A DNA stretch of 64,000 nucleotides from an uncultured Planctomycetia bacterium (GTDB taxonomy: Bacteria > Planctomycetota > Planctomycetia > Pirellulales > Pirellulaceae): assembly GCA_963793465.1 (NCBI GenBank), contig CAWCAJ010000007.1:177282-241281 (forward strand), written 5' to 3'. The position numbers and the translations under genes are program-made. Under the pieces are notes generated by a model. It ran no database searches and had not been told where the DNA came from. It was given only the letters and a program-made list of their open reading frames with translations. Positions 10,616 to 19,918 of this stretch are shown here, piece by piece (the stretch's first letter is position 1; the number at the start of each line of letters is the position of its first letter).

Positions 10616-13600
10616 GCAGGCATCTGGCCCGGTTTTTTCGGACCTGGCTGGCGTGGATGGGATGGCTCCAATAACACGTACATCGGCGGAGGTTCGTATG
10701 CACCCGGCTGTGTCAAAAAACCACTATGCGGCGGTAGCAAGTCGGGCTTGACAAGCCATTCCACTTCGAACTCGCGGCCTGGTAAGTTCCCTGTCCTCTC
10801 CCAAACGACGCTCGGTACGGGGTTGCGGTTGGCGATGAAGGGAACCTGGGCAGGGATGTCCAGTTTTTCAATGCGATCATCCCAGCGATCGACCACCACC
10901 ACACCATGGGTCGAACCGGCCGGCAGATAGAAGTAACGACGAGTGGCGATATCGAGCCCGGACTCGTAATGAGTGATCCCTTTTGGGGACGTCAACCAGG
11001 ACCAGGCATCCAGAGTTTCAGGAAAAGCACCCGTGCTCAGCTTTTCATGGATGACAAACAGTTGCAACAAAACCAATTCCTTCTGTTCCAGACACAGTGT
11101 TGCCAAATCAACCTGGTTGGACAGCCGTTCCTCACTCAGTTGCCGAAAATCCAGCAAGCGTAAGTAGGAGCTGCCTAAAGGGCTCAACAGCGTCGTCCGC
11201 TGCCAGAAGACGAAGTCACCCTGATTCAAGCTCTTCAACCATTCGGGGTCGTCGGGCCGACTGCCCTGGCCTCGCAATAAACGGGTCAGCGAGCTGCCTG
11301 TCCTGGTTTGGGGGACTTGATTCGTTGCTCCGAATCGTGGAATCGGAAAAAGAGGGTTGACGTGAATTGTCGGCGGCTGTGACTGAATATCTGCCAGCTG
11401 CACGGCGGTCCAGATTTGAATCAGCCGCCGTGCCCGCTCCTGTTCCGATGGCAATCGAGAAAAAAGCGATAACATGCCCAGGGCAGGATGGTTATTGAAC
11501 GCGTAGTTTCCCCTGTTGATGTAGATTCCCTTTTCAATTGAACTCAACATATTTAACTGTTGACGTTCCAGCACTCGCTCGGGTTGGATGGGTTGGAAAT
11601 GCCGCAGCACAAATCCGATCGCTTTCATGATTGACTCAGGAGTTTGATTCTCACAAACCGCCCAAGCCTGAAGTTGGCCGTTTAGATGCCGGAACCAGTA
11701 GCCATCATCGTCAGGTGACTCCAATTCGCGTAGCATGTTCATCCGCAGCAACGCCAGCAAATTGTCCCAGGCGGCTTGGGGATCTCCATGGTCGAGAGCC
11801 CGGTCGAAAGCAAGTTGCAACAATTCGATACCGGTCATGAGTTGCGGTATCACCCCGTCATCTATCGAGCGATTGACCGGCGGCCGTTGAGTCAGTTGTT
11901 GCTGATGCTCCCAGGCAAACTGTATTGCCTGCCGCAACTGCCCCAGGCTGTCCGCGTTTCGATCCAGGTAAGCGTCGGTCAGCTGCTGCATGGCCTGCAA
12001 ATCCGGTGCGGTGCCCAGTCTTTGAGCTTCTTCCCAGGACAGTTGGTCGTTGGACGAAAGCGTCTCTTCGAATGCACGCTCCAGTGAGTTGGCGTGGCCA
12101 GCCTCAAAAAGTCGATTGGCCTTCAGCAGCATCGGATACCAACGCAACAATCCGTCCGGCAATGACTCCGGTCGGTCCAGTGCCGCTGCGGCCAATCTCA
12201 GTTGCCGACCTATGGCTTCCACCACCGTTGGATCGGAGTTGTCGACGCGTGAAAAATTCACAGGCACAGCGGGAATCTGTTGTGCACGATGTTTGATAAC
12301 GGCCAGGGTAACCGTGGCAACCACGATGGCAATCAGCAGGATTGGCCCGGTGGCTTTGGACCACAGGGGCTTTTCCGATAACAAACCCCGCATGGCCCAG
12401 CCGCCAGCCAACAAAAACGCCAACATGATCGGCAGCACACTCCACCAGATCGGCACACCGGCGGCCACCATCAGCACTAGCCACAGTACCGCCGGTATAC
12501 AAAGAACCATGGTGACGATGGCCGCCAAAAAAGTGCTGCGAATCACAATGGCCACCAACTGACCGATGGAAAAACAGAGCAGCGTGCCTGCGATCACCAA
12601 TCCCAGGGCAAGGGCCAGAAAGAAAGCGGCCAGGCCTGTCGATTGGTCTTGCGCTGTGGGAGCGATCAGGGTCCCAATCGGATTGGGCCAGGGATTGGGC
12701 CAGGAAAAATCAGCATTCAAGAATGGGGCCGTCAACAGGGCCAGGGCATACAAGGCCGCATAAAACAGGCAGATCGCCAGCATGACGGGGAGGACTCGAG
12801 ACAGCCAGATTTGAAAGGGTGCAATACCCCGCGTGGCCAGGAATCTCGCGCCCCTCAGCTTTTGATCGGCAGCCAATGCGACCACTCCGGCCAATCCTCC
12901 AGCGACCATCAGCAAGGGAATGGCTACCAACCACAGTTCCCTGTTAAGCAGTGTCAACAAGACTGCAAACGCCGGGGTAGCCAGCATCACCAGGCAGACG
13001 CTTTTCCAGGATTGTCGACAGGACTGCCAGGTCAAACGCCACAGCGGTTCGTTGTTGCGATCCCAGGTTCGCCGGACCCATCGAACCGGGGCAGTCAGCG
13101 TTCTCCATCGACCCGCCGCTGGAGTCGTGCGGCGCTTGGCCCGTCTCTCAGCGCCACCCTGATGCAGCCATCCCCAGGAACGCAGGCCGGCCAGAGCCAA
13201 CACCAGGACTGCGATCAGAGCCCGCCAGGGCCAGGCCACGGCATAGGGTTCCAAAGCCGCGAAGTCCACCATCCTTTGACCCGACAGCAGCACCGCCAAC
13301 TGGATACCCAGTGAGGCGCAGAAAATCCCCAACAAGGCGGCGTTCAAAGGTCGAGATGAGTGCAGCGAAAACAGACAACTCCAGGCAAAGAACTCGATGG
13401 CCCCCAGCCCAAAGACGAGAATGAACAAGGTCAACCAATTGGCTGAGGACACGCCAGAGACTTGCTGTGAGCTGAAGGCGATGGCCAAAGCCAGCAACAG
13501 AAACAGGCTGATCAACAACAGGGCTCCCAGCAGCTTGCCAACCGCCAGGTGCCCGGATGGCAATGGCAGGACCTGCAGATTTTGAAAAGTGCCCTCCTCC

Positions 13601-13848
13601 TTTTCGGTGGCAAACAAGGTGGCCCCGCAAGCCGCGGCAAACAGGGCCGTAAAACCACCGATCAAGGCCATGGCATAGGTGAAGGTCTGAGCCCCCTGGC
13701 CGACAGAGGATCGGGCAATCCAGCCGGCCACCAGCCATTGCAGTACCGCTCCCAGAATCAACATGGCAATGAAAAACTCCTTGAATTGCCAGGTCTCCTT
13801 CCAAACCAGGCTGCGAAAAACACCGGGTTGCATGGGTTGGGTACTCAT
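10603..13848 (-). CDS. ABC-2 type transporter permease fused to a large C-terminal soluble domain
   Basis: 1081 aa. The first ~515 residues are a long series of hydrophobic helices, and the remaining ~560 residues are hydrophilic with no motif I recognise. The ATG overlaps the stop of the upstream ABC ATPase by 4 nt (ATGA). Confidence 0.75.
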   Translation of the reverse strand: MSTQPMQPGVFRSLVWKETWQFKEFFIAMLILGAVLQWLVAGWIARSSVGQGAQTFTYAMALIGGFTALFAAACGATLFATEKEEGTFQNLQVLPLPSGHLAVGKLLGALLLISLFLLLALAIAFSSQQVSGVSSANWLTLFILVFGLGAIEFFAWSCLFSLHSSRPLNAALLGIFCASLGIQLAVLLSGQRMVDFAALEPYAVAWPWRALIAVLVLALAGLRSWGWLHQGGAERRAKRRTTPAAGRWRTLTAPVRWVRRTWDRNNEPLWRLTWQSCRQSWKSVCLVMLATPAFAVLLTLLNRELWLVAIPLLMVAGGLAGVVALAADQKLRGARFLATRGIAPFQIWLSRVLPVMLAICLFYAALYALALLTAPFLNADFSWPNPWPNPIGTLIAPTAQDQSTGLAAFFLALALGLVIAGTLLCFSIGQLVAIVIRSTFLAAIVTMVLCIPAVLWLVLMVAAGVPIWWSVLPIMLAFLLAGGWAMRGLLSEKPLWSKATGPILLIAIVVATVTLAVIKHRAQQIPAVPVNFSRVDNSDPTVVEAIGRQLRLAAAALDRPESLPDGLLRWYPMLLKANRLFEAGHANSLERAFEETLSSNDQLSWEEAQRLGTAPDLQAMQQLTDAYLDRNADSLGQLRQAIQFAWEHQQQLTQRPPVNRSIDDGVIPQLMTGIELLQLAFDRALDHGDPQAAWDNLLALLRMNMLRELESPDDDGYWFRHLNGQLQAWAVCENQTPESIMKAIGFVLRHFQPIQPERVLERQQLNMLSSIEKGIYINRGNYAFNNHPALGMLSLFSRLPSEQERARRLIQIWTAVQLADIQSQPPTIHVNPLFPIPRFGATNQVPQTRTGSSLTRLLRGQGSRPDDPEWLKSLNQGDFVFWQRTTLLSPLGSSYLRLLDFRQLSEERLSNQVDLATLCLEQKELVLLQLFVIHEKLSTGAFPETLDAWSWLTSPKGITHYESGLDIATRRYFYLPAGSTHGVVVVDRWDDRIEKLDIPAQVPFIANRNPVPSVVWERTGNLPGREFEVEWLVKPDLLPPHSGFLTQPGAYEPPPMYVLLEPSHPRQPGPKKPGQMPAADR

Positions 13849-14786
13849 GGGTCGACTCGTTGAGCTTGCGAAGGTGCTGGAGGGGACGCGATGGACGGTG
13901 CCGACTGGCCCCGTAGATAGGTCACAAAGATCTCTTCCAGATTGGGCACGTGAACTTCGATCTCAGCCACCGTTGGGTGATCGCGAAGTTGCCACAACGC
14001 TTCCGGCTGCGGCCGGGATATCATCAATTTGACCTGTCGACCCGTTTGTTCCTGAAGCAGGACATCGCCTGCGATTTCTGGTAGTTGAGTGGCTCCACCC
14101 GCCAAGGAGATGGTCCACTGTTCCAGACGTGATTTCAGCTGCTCCAGCGGTTCGCAAACCAGCAGTCGGCCCTGGTTCATGATGGCCACGATATCCGCGA
14201 CCCTTTCCACTTCCGGAATCTGGTGACTGGAGAGAAACACTGTCCGCCCGTCGGCGGCCATATCCACCATGCTTTCCAGGAAACGACGCCGCACCAGCGT
14301 ATCCAGACCTGATGTGGGTTCATCCAGAATCAACAATTCGGGACGATGAGCCATGGCCAGTGACAACGATACCTTGGCTTTCATCCCTTTGGACAGCGTC
14401 TTGATCTTCTTTTTTTGCGGCAGACCAAATGCGTCCGCCAGCTTGTGAAAATTGGCCAGGAAACCTGCGGGGTAAAAGCCGGCAGTGAACCAGCCAATCT
14501 CTCCTACCGTCATCCAGTCATATAATCCGGGTTGTTCCGGGACGTAGCCAATTTGGCGGCGGATTTCGATCCCTTGCCGTTGGCTATCCAGCCCCATCAC
14601 AGCGACGGAGCCGGCAGTGGGAGTCTCCAGGCCCAGCATCATGCGAATGGAAGTCGTCTTGCCAGCCCCATTTTCACCCAACAGAGCAAACACAACGCCC
14701 CGCGGGACATGGAATACCACATCGTCGACGGCAATTTGTTGACCAAATTGTTTGGAGACATTTTGAAACTCAACCATGTTATCCAT
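13845..14786 (-). CDS. ABC transporter ATP-binding protein
   Basis: Walker A GENGAGKTT, ABC signature LSKGMKAK, Walker B LLILDEPTSGLD, H-loop SSHQ. Confidence 0.95.
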   Translation of the reverse strand: MDNMVEFQNVSKQFGQQIAVDDVVFHVPRGVVFALLGENGAGKTTSIRMMLGLETPTAGSVAVMGLDSQRQGIEIRRQIGYVPEQPGLYDWMTVGEIGWFTAGFYPAGFLANFHKLADAFGLPQKKKIKTLSKGMKAKVSLSLAMAHRPELLILDEPTSGLDTLVRRRFLESMVDMAADGRTVFLSSHQIPEVERVADIVAIMNQGRLLVCEPLEQLKSRLEQWTISLAGGATQLPEIAGDVLLQEQTGRQVKLMISRPQPEALWQLRDHPTVAEIEVHVPNLEEIFVTYLRGQSAPSIASPPAPSQAQRVDP

Positions 14787-15170
14787 TTAGTTGCCTCGTC
14801 TCTTTCCGAGTTCCGATTGAAACAGCTTTTCAATCTCAGTGTCGTCCAGCTGACCTTGTCGGGCTTCGTCAATCACCTGGCCCAAACGTTCGCGGAGGAT
14901 ACGGGTCCGTTCGGCTCTGCAGACAACACGGGCCCCCCTGGCGATCACCAACCCGGTACCCCGCATCACCTCGACCACCTGCTGGTCTTGAAGTTGGCGG
15001 TAGGCTCGAGCCACCGTGTTCGGATTGATGGCCAGATCCCGCGCCAGCTGCCGAACTGAAGGAATCAACTCACCGGGTTGCAAAGCCCCGTTGGCCACGG
15101 CAAATGTGACTTGTCGACATACCTGTTCGTAAACCGGCACTCCGTTGCTGGTATTGATTTGAAAAAACAT
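14787..15170 (-). CDS. GntR family transcriptional regulator (short YtrA-like type)
   Basis: 127 aa with a winged-HTH segment IPSVRQLARDLAINPNTVARAYRQL. Its stop codon directly abuts the ABC ATPase start codon. Confidence 0.9.
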   Translation of the reverse strand: MFFQINTSNGVPVYEQVCRQVTFAVANGALQPGELIPSVRQLARDLAINPNTVARAYRQLQDQQVVEVMRGTGLVIARGARVVCRAERTRILRERLGQVIDEARQGQLDDTEIEKLFQSELGKRRGN

Positions 15171-15193
15171 GTACCGAGTACCCCGCGATCTCG

Positions 15194-15213
15194 TGTGCTA
15201 TCGTGATAGTACA
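15194..15213. promoter_or_regulatory. imperfect palindrome TGTGCTATC-GT-GATAGTACA, candidate GntR/YtrA operator
   Basis: Perfect CTATC/GATAG core with partly matching outer arms, 24-43 bp upstream of the GntR start codon. Function is inferred only from position and symmetry. Confidence 0.4.
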
Positions 15214-15369
15214 GTAGGCATGGGCCGCAGAGGTGTCAAGTAGCAGTTTTCAGAAACTTGCAGGGATTGTCTGGTTGCCCTGATCTCTGACTGCCCTGAC
15301 ACCGGCCGGCGGGTGGGGATTCCTTTTCAGCCGAGACTCGCCTTGTTGGGCGGACAAGTTTAAGATGCC

Positions 15370-15738
15370 ATGATGAATGAACCCCAACCCCGGCAGGGTC
15401 CTCGGTTCGCAGTGGCCCATTTGCCGGACATTTCACCGGTCCCCTGCCCTTGCGGTTCGACACGGCGGGCCTTCACGAATGATCCCCAGCAAATTGCCTC
15501 GCTGCATGTGGTGCAGGTCGATCAGCAGGCAGTGACGCATTATCACCGCCGGATGACCGAATTGTACTATGTGTTGGAAGGGAACGGACAACTGGAACTG
15601 GATGGGCAGTTGTTTGACGTGGGTCCGGGCAGTTCGGCCTTGATCAAGCCAGGGTGTCGCCACCGGGCCGTGGGCCAGATGACGATCCTCAATGTGCCCA
15701 TCCCGGCTTTCGATCCGGACGATGAGTTTTTCGATTGA
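15370..15738 (+). CDS. cupin domain protein
   Basis: 122 aa with the cupin pattern HYHRRMTELYYVLEGNG ... G ... IKPGCRHRA. Confidence 0.7.
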   Translation: MMNEPQPRQGPRFAVAHLPDISPVPCPCGSTRRAFTNDPQQIASLHVVQVDQQAVTHYHRRMTELYYVLEGNGQLELDGQLFDVGPGSSALIKPGCRHRAVGQMTILNVPIPAFDPDDEFFD

Positions 15739-15745
15739 AAAGCCG

Positions 15746-16153
15746 CTACTGACGGGATTCGAATTCCAGCAACACGGAGCGATGAGGATCCCCAAGGACG
15801 CCCACTCCGAATTCGTGGACGACCCGGATTCCGTTTTTCATGGCTCGCTGCAATCCACTATTCGTGCTGACTCGCTGGTTGGCCTGGGCCAGGATCTTGT
15901 CGCGATACCGCGTTACGATTTCAGGGTCCTGCACCGCATAGTACAGGGTGAGTTGATTGCTGTCGGCCGCGTAGTCCACGTTAACCAATTGCACGCCGTC
16001 GCCCAGGTCCGTGGGCAGTTTCTTGTTCTCAGCGGCGACGATACTGGCCACCTGATTATCGATAATGGCGTCGCTGACGCTGGAGCTGCATCCGCCGCAG
16101 CAGGCGATGGCTGCGGCAGCGATTAAACCGTGGATGATGGCCTGGGTTTTCAT
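15746..16153 (-). CDS. hypothetical lipoprotein
   Basis: Signal peptide with a lipobox-like end (LIAAAAIACCGGC). 135 aa, no recognisable domain. Confidence 0.6.
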   Translation of the reverse strand: MKTQAIIHGLIAAAAIACCGGCSSSVSDAIIDNQVASIVAAENKKLPTDLGDGVQLVNVDYAADSNQLTLYYAVQDPEIVTRYRDKILAQANQRVSTNSGLQRAMKNGIRVVHEFGVGVLGDPHRSVLLEFESRQ

Positions 16154-16200
16154 GATGCGAGGACACCTGGGGGTACAATTTCAAGGACGGGACAATGGGC

Positions 16201-18042
16201 TCAGGTTTTCCAGAACCCGGGAGCGAACAGCACCAGGATGGGCCAGATCTCCAGTCTGCCCAGCATCATCAGAAACACAAACAGCAATTTGGAAAAACCG
16301 CAGAAATCTCCATAGTTCTGGGTGGGCCCGACGATGCCCAGGCCGGGACCAATGTTGTTGATGGTTGCGGCCACGCAACTGAATGAATCGATCAGCTTGT
16401 GATCGCTGGCACCGGCCCAGGTGGAATCGGGTTCCACCGCTACCAGCACCATCCAGCTGAGGACGCACAACACAGCCAGGACTGAAATGTAAACCAACAG
16501 GGATTGTCGCAGGTCGGCTTCGTTGAATTCAGCGTCTCCCTGCAAGTTCAGCGACTTGACCAATCGTGGATGGTAGGCTTTTTCGATTTCGATCCTGAGG
16601 ACCCGGTATAACAGGTAATGTCGGATCACCTTGATCCCGCCCCCGGTGCTGCCAGCACAACCTCCGATGAACATCAACATCAGCATCAGCAGGCGTCCGA
16701 ACTGGTTCCAGCTGTCGAAATCGTTGGTGCCAAAACCGGTGGTCGTCACGACCGAGACCACCTGGAACAGGCCGTTCCGAAAAGCGGACTCAACCGACTG
16801 GAATCCGGCGTCTCCATGCCAGACGGCAAACAGGATCACTGCCAGCGTGGCCAGGCCGATGATCCATACATAGGTGCGCCATTCCACATCGGCCAACAGT
16901 CGCCCCGGTTGCTTCAGGATGCAAAGGTAAAGCAGAGTGAAATTGGTTCCCGCCAGGATCATGAACACGATCACCACATAGTCGATGGCCGCACTCTGAA
17001 AATGGCCCAAGCTGGCGTTGTACGTGGAGAATCCTCCGGTGGCCATGGTGCCAAAGGCATGACAAATGGCATCGAAGGACCCCATACCCAACAACATGAG
17101 CAGGATCGTGAGGATGACATTCAGCACCAGGTAAATACCGGCAAACCGCCAGGCCGAGTGTTGCATCCGGGCCGAAAGACTGTCGCTGGAGGGGCCGGGC
17201 ACCTCGGTCTGCATGAGGGCCTTGCCGGCGGAGCCCTGCCCCAGCAGCACCACAAAAAGCACAATGATCCCCAGTCCGCCGAGAAAGTGGGTGCTGCTAC
17301 GCCAGAAGTGGATGCAGGAAGCAATCGCCTGGGGGTCCTCCAGCTCCGACATCACCGAGGCCCCCGTCGTACTGAAACCGGACTGCGATTCAAACAGGGC
17401 ATCGCAGAGCGTCATGGGCGCCCAGCGAATCCGGTAATTGGAGGCCCGATCGAATGTCGAATTGGTCTCTCGAGGCAGGATCAGGTAGGGATTCCAGGTC
17501 GGGTCATCATTCATGTCCTGCATGATCTGCACCGCATTGGTGACTCCGGATGCCAACCGCAGCTGCACCGCGTTGAGTCCCAGCAAGGCGTGTTCGGAAC
17601 CGGCCAGAGCCGACAATACCGACAGTTGATCCTCACTGACGTGCTCCACTGGCTGCCAGTAAGAGAATCCAGGAACGCCAGAGGTCAGCAGCAGGGGTTG
17701 GGGTTTGCTCGACGAGATCATCACCGTCGGGCCCCGCAGTGTGCCGCTCAAGTAAAACGGCAGGGCACCCAGCACCGTTGCCAGGACCCAGCTGAGACCG
17801 ACGACCGCCATCGCCTCCTTGCGAAACAGCCTGCCCGTGGCCCGACGCCCGTATTGATACAGGGTCAAGCCCAGCACCCAGCAGATCGCCGTACTGATCA
17901 TCAAGGCCACGAATCCGGCACGTTCAAAATGCTCCGGGTGTCGACCGATTCGCGGCCAGGCCCACGGCAGGCTGAACAGCATGAAGCCGCCAATCAACAG
18001 GGAGACAATCCCCAGCAGTTTTGCTAACAGGCGAATATTCAT
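16201..18042 (-). CDS. trkH: TrkH family potassium uptake protein
   Basis: Repeated pore-loop motifs (GFSTTGAS, ATGGFST, TTTGFGT) and GGCAGSTGGGIKVIR. At 613 aa it is longer than typical TrkH. Confidence 0.9.
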   Translation of the reverse strand: MNIRLLAKLLGIVSLLIGGFMLFSLPWAWPRIGRHPEHFERAGFVALMISTAICWVLGLTLYQYGRRATGRLFRKEAMAVVGLSWVLATVLGALPFYLSGTLRGPTVMISSSKPQPLLLTSGVPGFSYWQPVEHVSEDQLSVLSALAGSEHALLGLNAVQLRLASGVTNAVQIMQDMNDDPTWNPYLILPRETNSTFDRASNYRIRWAPMTLCDALFESQSGFSTTGASVMSELEDPQAIASCIHFWRSSTHFLGGLGIIVLFVVLLGQGSAGKALMQTEVPGPSSDSLSARMQHSAWRFAGIYLVLNVILTILLMLLGMGSFDAICHAFGTMATGGFSTYNASLGHFQSAAIDYVVIVFMILAGTNFTLLYLCILKQPGRLLADVEWRTYVWIIGLATLAVILFAVWHGDAGFQSVESAFRNGLFQVVSVVTTTGFGTNDFDSWNQFGRLLMLMLMFIGGCAGSTGGGIKVIRHYLLYRVLRIEIEKAYHPRLVKSLNLQGDAEFNEADLRQSLLVYISVLAVLCVLSWMVLVAVEPDSTWAGASDHKLIDSFSCVAATINNIGPGLGIVGPTQNYGDFCGFSKLLFVFLMMLGRLEIWPILVLFAPGFWKT

Positions 18043-18124
18043 AAGGGTTTGCTGGACAAGTGCGCGAGGTTTCCTATCCTAGTTTCCAGTTCACATGTTT
18101 CGAAGCTGTCTACCACCTGGAAAT

Positions 18125-18766
18125 ATGACCGATAACGCGGTTCCATGGTATGGCCGGTTGAGCCATTCGTTTTATCGACGGGCAACCGTCGAGGTAGCTC
18201 GAGATTTGTTGGGCAAACAGCTGGTTTCGTTGATCGAGGGTCAAGTGACGGCCGGTTGGATTGTGGAAACCGAAGCCTATCTGCCCGAAGATGATCGCGC
18301 TTGCCATGCCTGGCGGGGTTCCACGCCAGGCAATGCATCCATGTTTGGCCTGGCGGGCCGGGCCTACGTGTATCCGATTCACTCCCGTTGTTGCTTCAAC
18401 GTGGTCACGCAGTCTGCCGGACAGGGAACCGCTGTCTTGATTCGCGCCCTGCAACCGACACTGGGAATTGCCACCATGCTGCGACGGCGAAAGGTACATC
18501 AACTTCGCGATCTCTGTCGAGGCCCGGCCCGACTCTGCCAGGCCCTGGGTATCGATCGCCCCTTGGATGGCCATGATCTGACGGCCGGAAATACTTTGTG
18601 GATCACGGCCGGCAGTCGTGGGGCGTCTGGACCCGCCGCACCCGTCATGCTTAACACGGAACGGATTGGTGTGACTTCTGCCAAAGAACTGCCCTTGAGA
18701 TTTGTGGTCGCCGGCAATCGTTATGCCAGCGGCCCTCGCCGGTTGAGATCGGCTGCTTGCCGGTGA
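18125..18766 (+). CDS. mpg: DNA-3-methyladenine glycosylase (AAG/Mpg family)
   Basis: Motifs VARDLLGK, IVETEAYL, HAWRG..T.GNASMFG..G.AYVY and LIRALQP. Start taken at the ATG at 18125. Confidence 0.9.
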   Translation: MTDNAVPWYGRLSHSFYRRATVEVARDLLGKQLVSLIEGQVTAGWIVETEAYLPEDDRACHAWRGSTPGNASMFGLAGRAYVYPIHSRCCFNVVTQSAGQGTAVLIRALQPTLGIATMLRRRKVHQLRDLCRGPARLCQALGIDRPLDGHDLTAGNTLWITAGSRGASGPAAPVMLNTERIGVTSAKELPLRFVVAGNRYASGPRRLRSAACR

Positions 18767-18771
18767 TCCGC

Positions 18772-19281
18772 TCAGGACGCATCCCCGGCCTGATTCAAGA
18801 CGCCATCTTTGCGACTCAACCACCTTTCGCCGAAATTCGAGGCGATCACGATCAAGCTGGGTGAAAGCACCAGCATGGCCATCAACATCCACTTGGGTAT
18901 TTGGGGTTGCGTCATGGAAATCTGCAGAAAGGTACAAATGCTGATGATCGCCAGAAATATGCCATGTCCCGCTTTGGAAAAGGGCGCTCCCCAGGCCACC
19001 AGGAAACCGATCAAGCTGGACAGGATGACCGCCAGCACGACCAGCCACACGCACAATTCTGTGGGGAACAACAATTCCGGTTGCGATTCCCAGGCCTGCC
19101 GAAATTCGTCCCGATCTTCTTCGCTTAAAGTCCACAGGCGAAATACATCCGGAAACCGGAGGCGGGCAATCAACATCATGCCCATCAACAGACCGAAGAA
19201 GAGCATCACGTAATAAAAGGCCACGACCAGAAAACTGCGCAGGAAGTGGGCCGGGTCAACATGGGATGGAGTTTCATTCAT
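18772..19281 (-). CDS. hypothetical membrane protein (about 4 TM)
   Basis: 169-aa ORF with an ATG start and four hydrophobic segments. Co-directional with two lipoprotein genes upstream. Confidence 0.55.
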   Translation of the reverse strand: MNETPSHVDPAHFLRSFLVVAFYYVMLFFGLLMGMMLIARLRFPDVFRLWTLSEEDRDEFRQAWESQPELLFPTELCVWLVVLAVILSSLIGFLVAWGAPFSKAGHGIFLAIISICTFLQISMTQPQIPKWMLMAMLVLSPSLIVIASNFGERWLSRKDGVLNQAGDAS

Positions 19282-19290
19282 CCGCCTATG

Positions 19291-19896
19291 TTACTTCATT
19301 GCGCCCGGGTCTGCACCGTCTGCCACGCTGGCCGATTCCACCCGCTCGAAGACAAACACGGGATGGCAATCCGCCAGCTGTGCGGAGGTGGGGGCTACCA
19401 TGATCGCCACCCGACCGTTCTGCTCGAACTGATAGCGGGCCTGGTTGGTTTCTGATCCCCCCTGGGGCAAGGGTTCCGTGGTCTCCACAAAAACGGCGTT
19501 ATCCTGAACCTTGACGGTTCGCCAGGTGCCACGGGTGCTATCCCTCAACAACTGGCCGGCAGTTTGAATCTGAATGTCCAATGTCATTTCGCCGTTGGCA
19601 CCAAAGTCCGCACCGATCTCGGTTGTCTGAAAGGTCTTGGCGATGTTTGCCAACATCTCCCGCTGCACCGGATCACTGATGGCATTCAGCTTTTTCTGCA
19701 GCAGTTCCTGATTCAAACTCGCTTTTCCGTACCAGGCTCCCACCAGTCGCTGGTCGGTATTCAGACTGGCGGAACTGTCGTCTTTGGCAGCATCCTTGGC
19801 TGGGTTATCCGCCGATTTTCCACATCCCCAGCTAAACAACGTCGAAGTGGCCAAGACGCCTACCAGGAACAGGCCGGGAAAAGATCTCACATCCAT
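19291..19896 (-). CDS. hypothetical lipoprotein (lipocalin-like, tentative)
   Basis: Signal peptide plus lipobox (LFSWGC). The mature domain begins with LVGAWYGK. Confidence 0.6.
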   Translation of the reverse strand: MDVRSFPGLFLVGVLATSTLFSWGCGKSADNPAKDAAKDDSSASLNTDQRLVGAWYGKASLNQELLQKKLNAISDPVQREMLANIAKTFQTTEIGADFGANGEMTLDIQIQTAGQLLRDSTRGTWRTVKVQDNAVFVETTEPLPQGGSETNQARYQFEQNGRVAIMVAPTSAQLADCHPVFVFERVESASVADGADPGAMK

Positions 19897-19918
19897 GCGA
19901 ACGACTCCAAAAAAATGA

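Noticed and set aside
16618-18027. 469-aa plus-strand ORF opposite trkH
   Set aside because: The translation is dominated by His, Gln, Arg, Gly and Pro (…HQHQHQQ…) and fully overlaps the strongly supported TrkH gene. It is a shadow ORF.
18110-19135. 341-aa minus-strand ORF spanning the mpg gene and the adjacent membrane-protein gene
   Set aside because: It runs antisense to mpg (clear AAG-family motifs) and out of frame with the 169-aa membrane protein. Its composition is Arg/Gly/Ser-rich.
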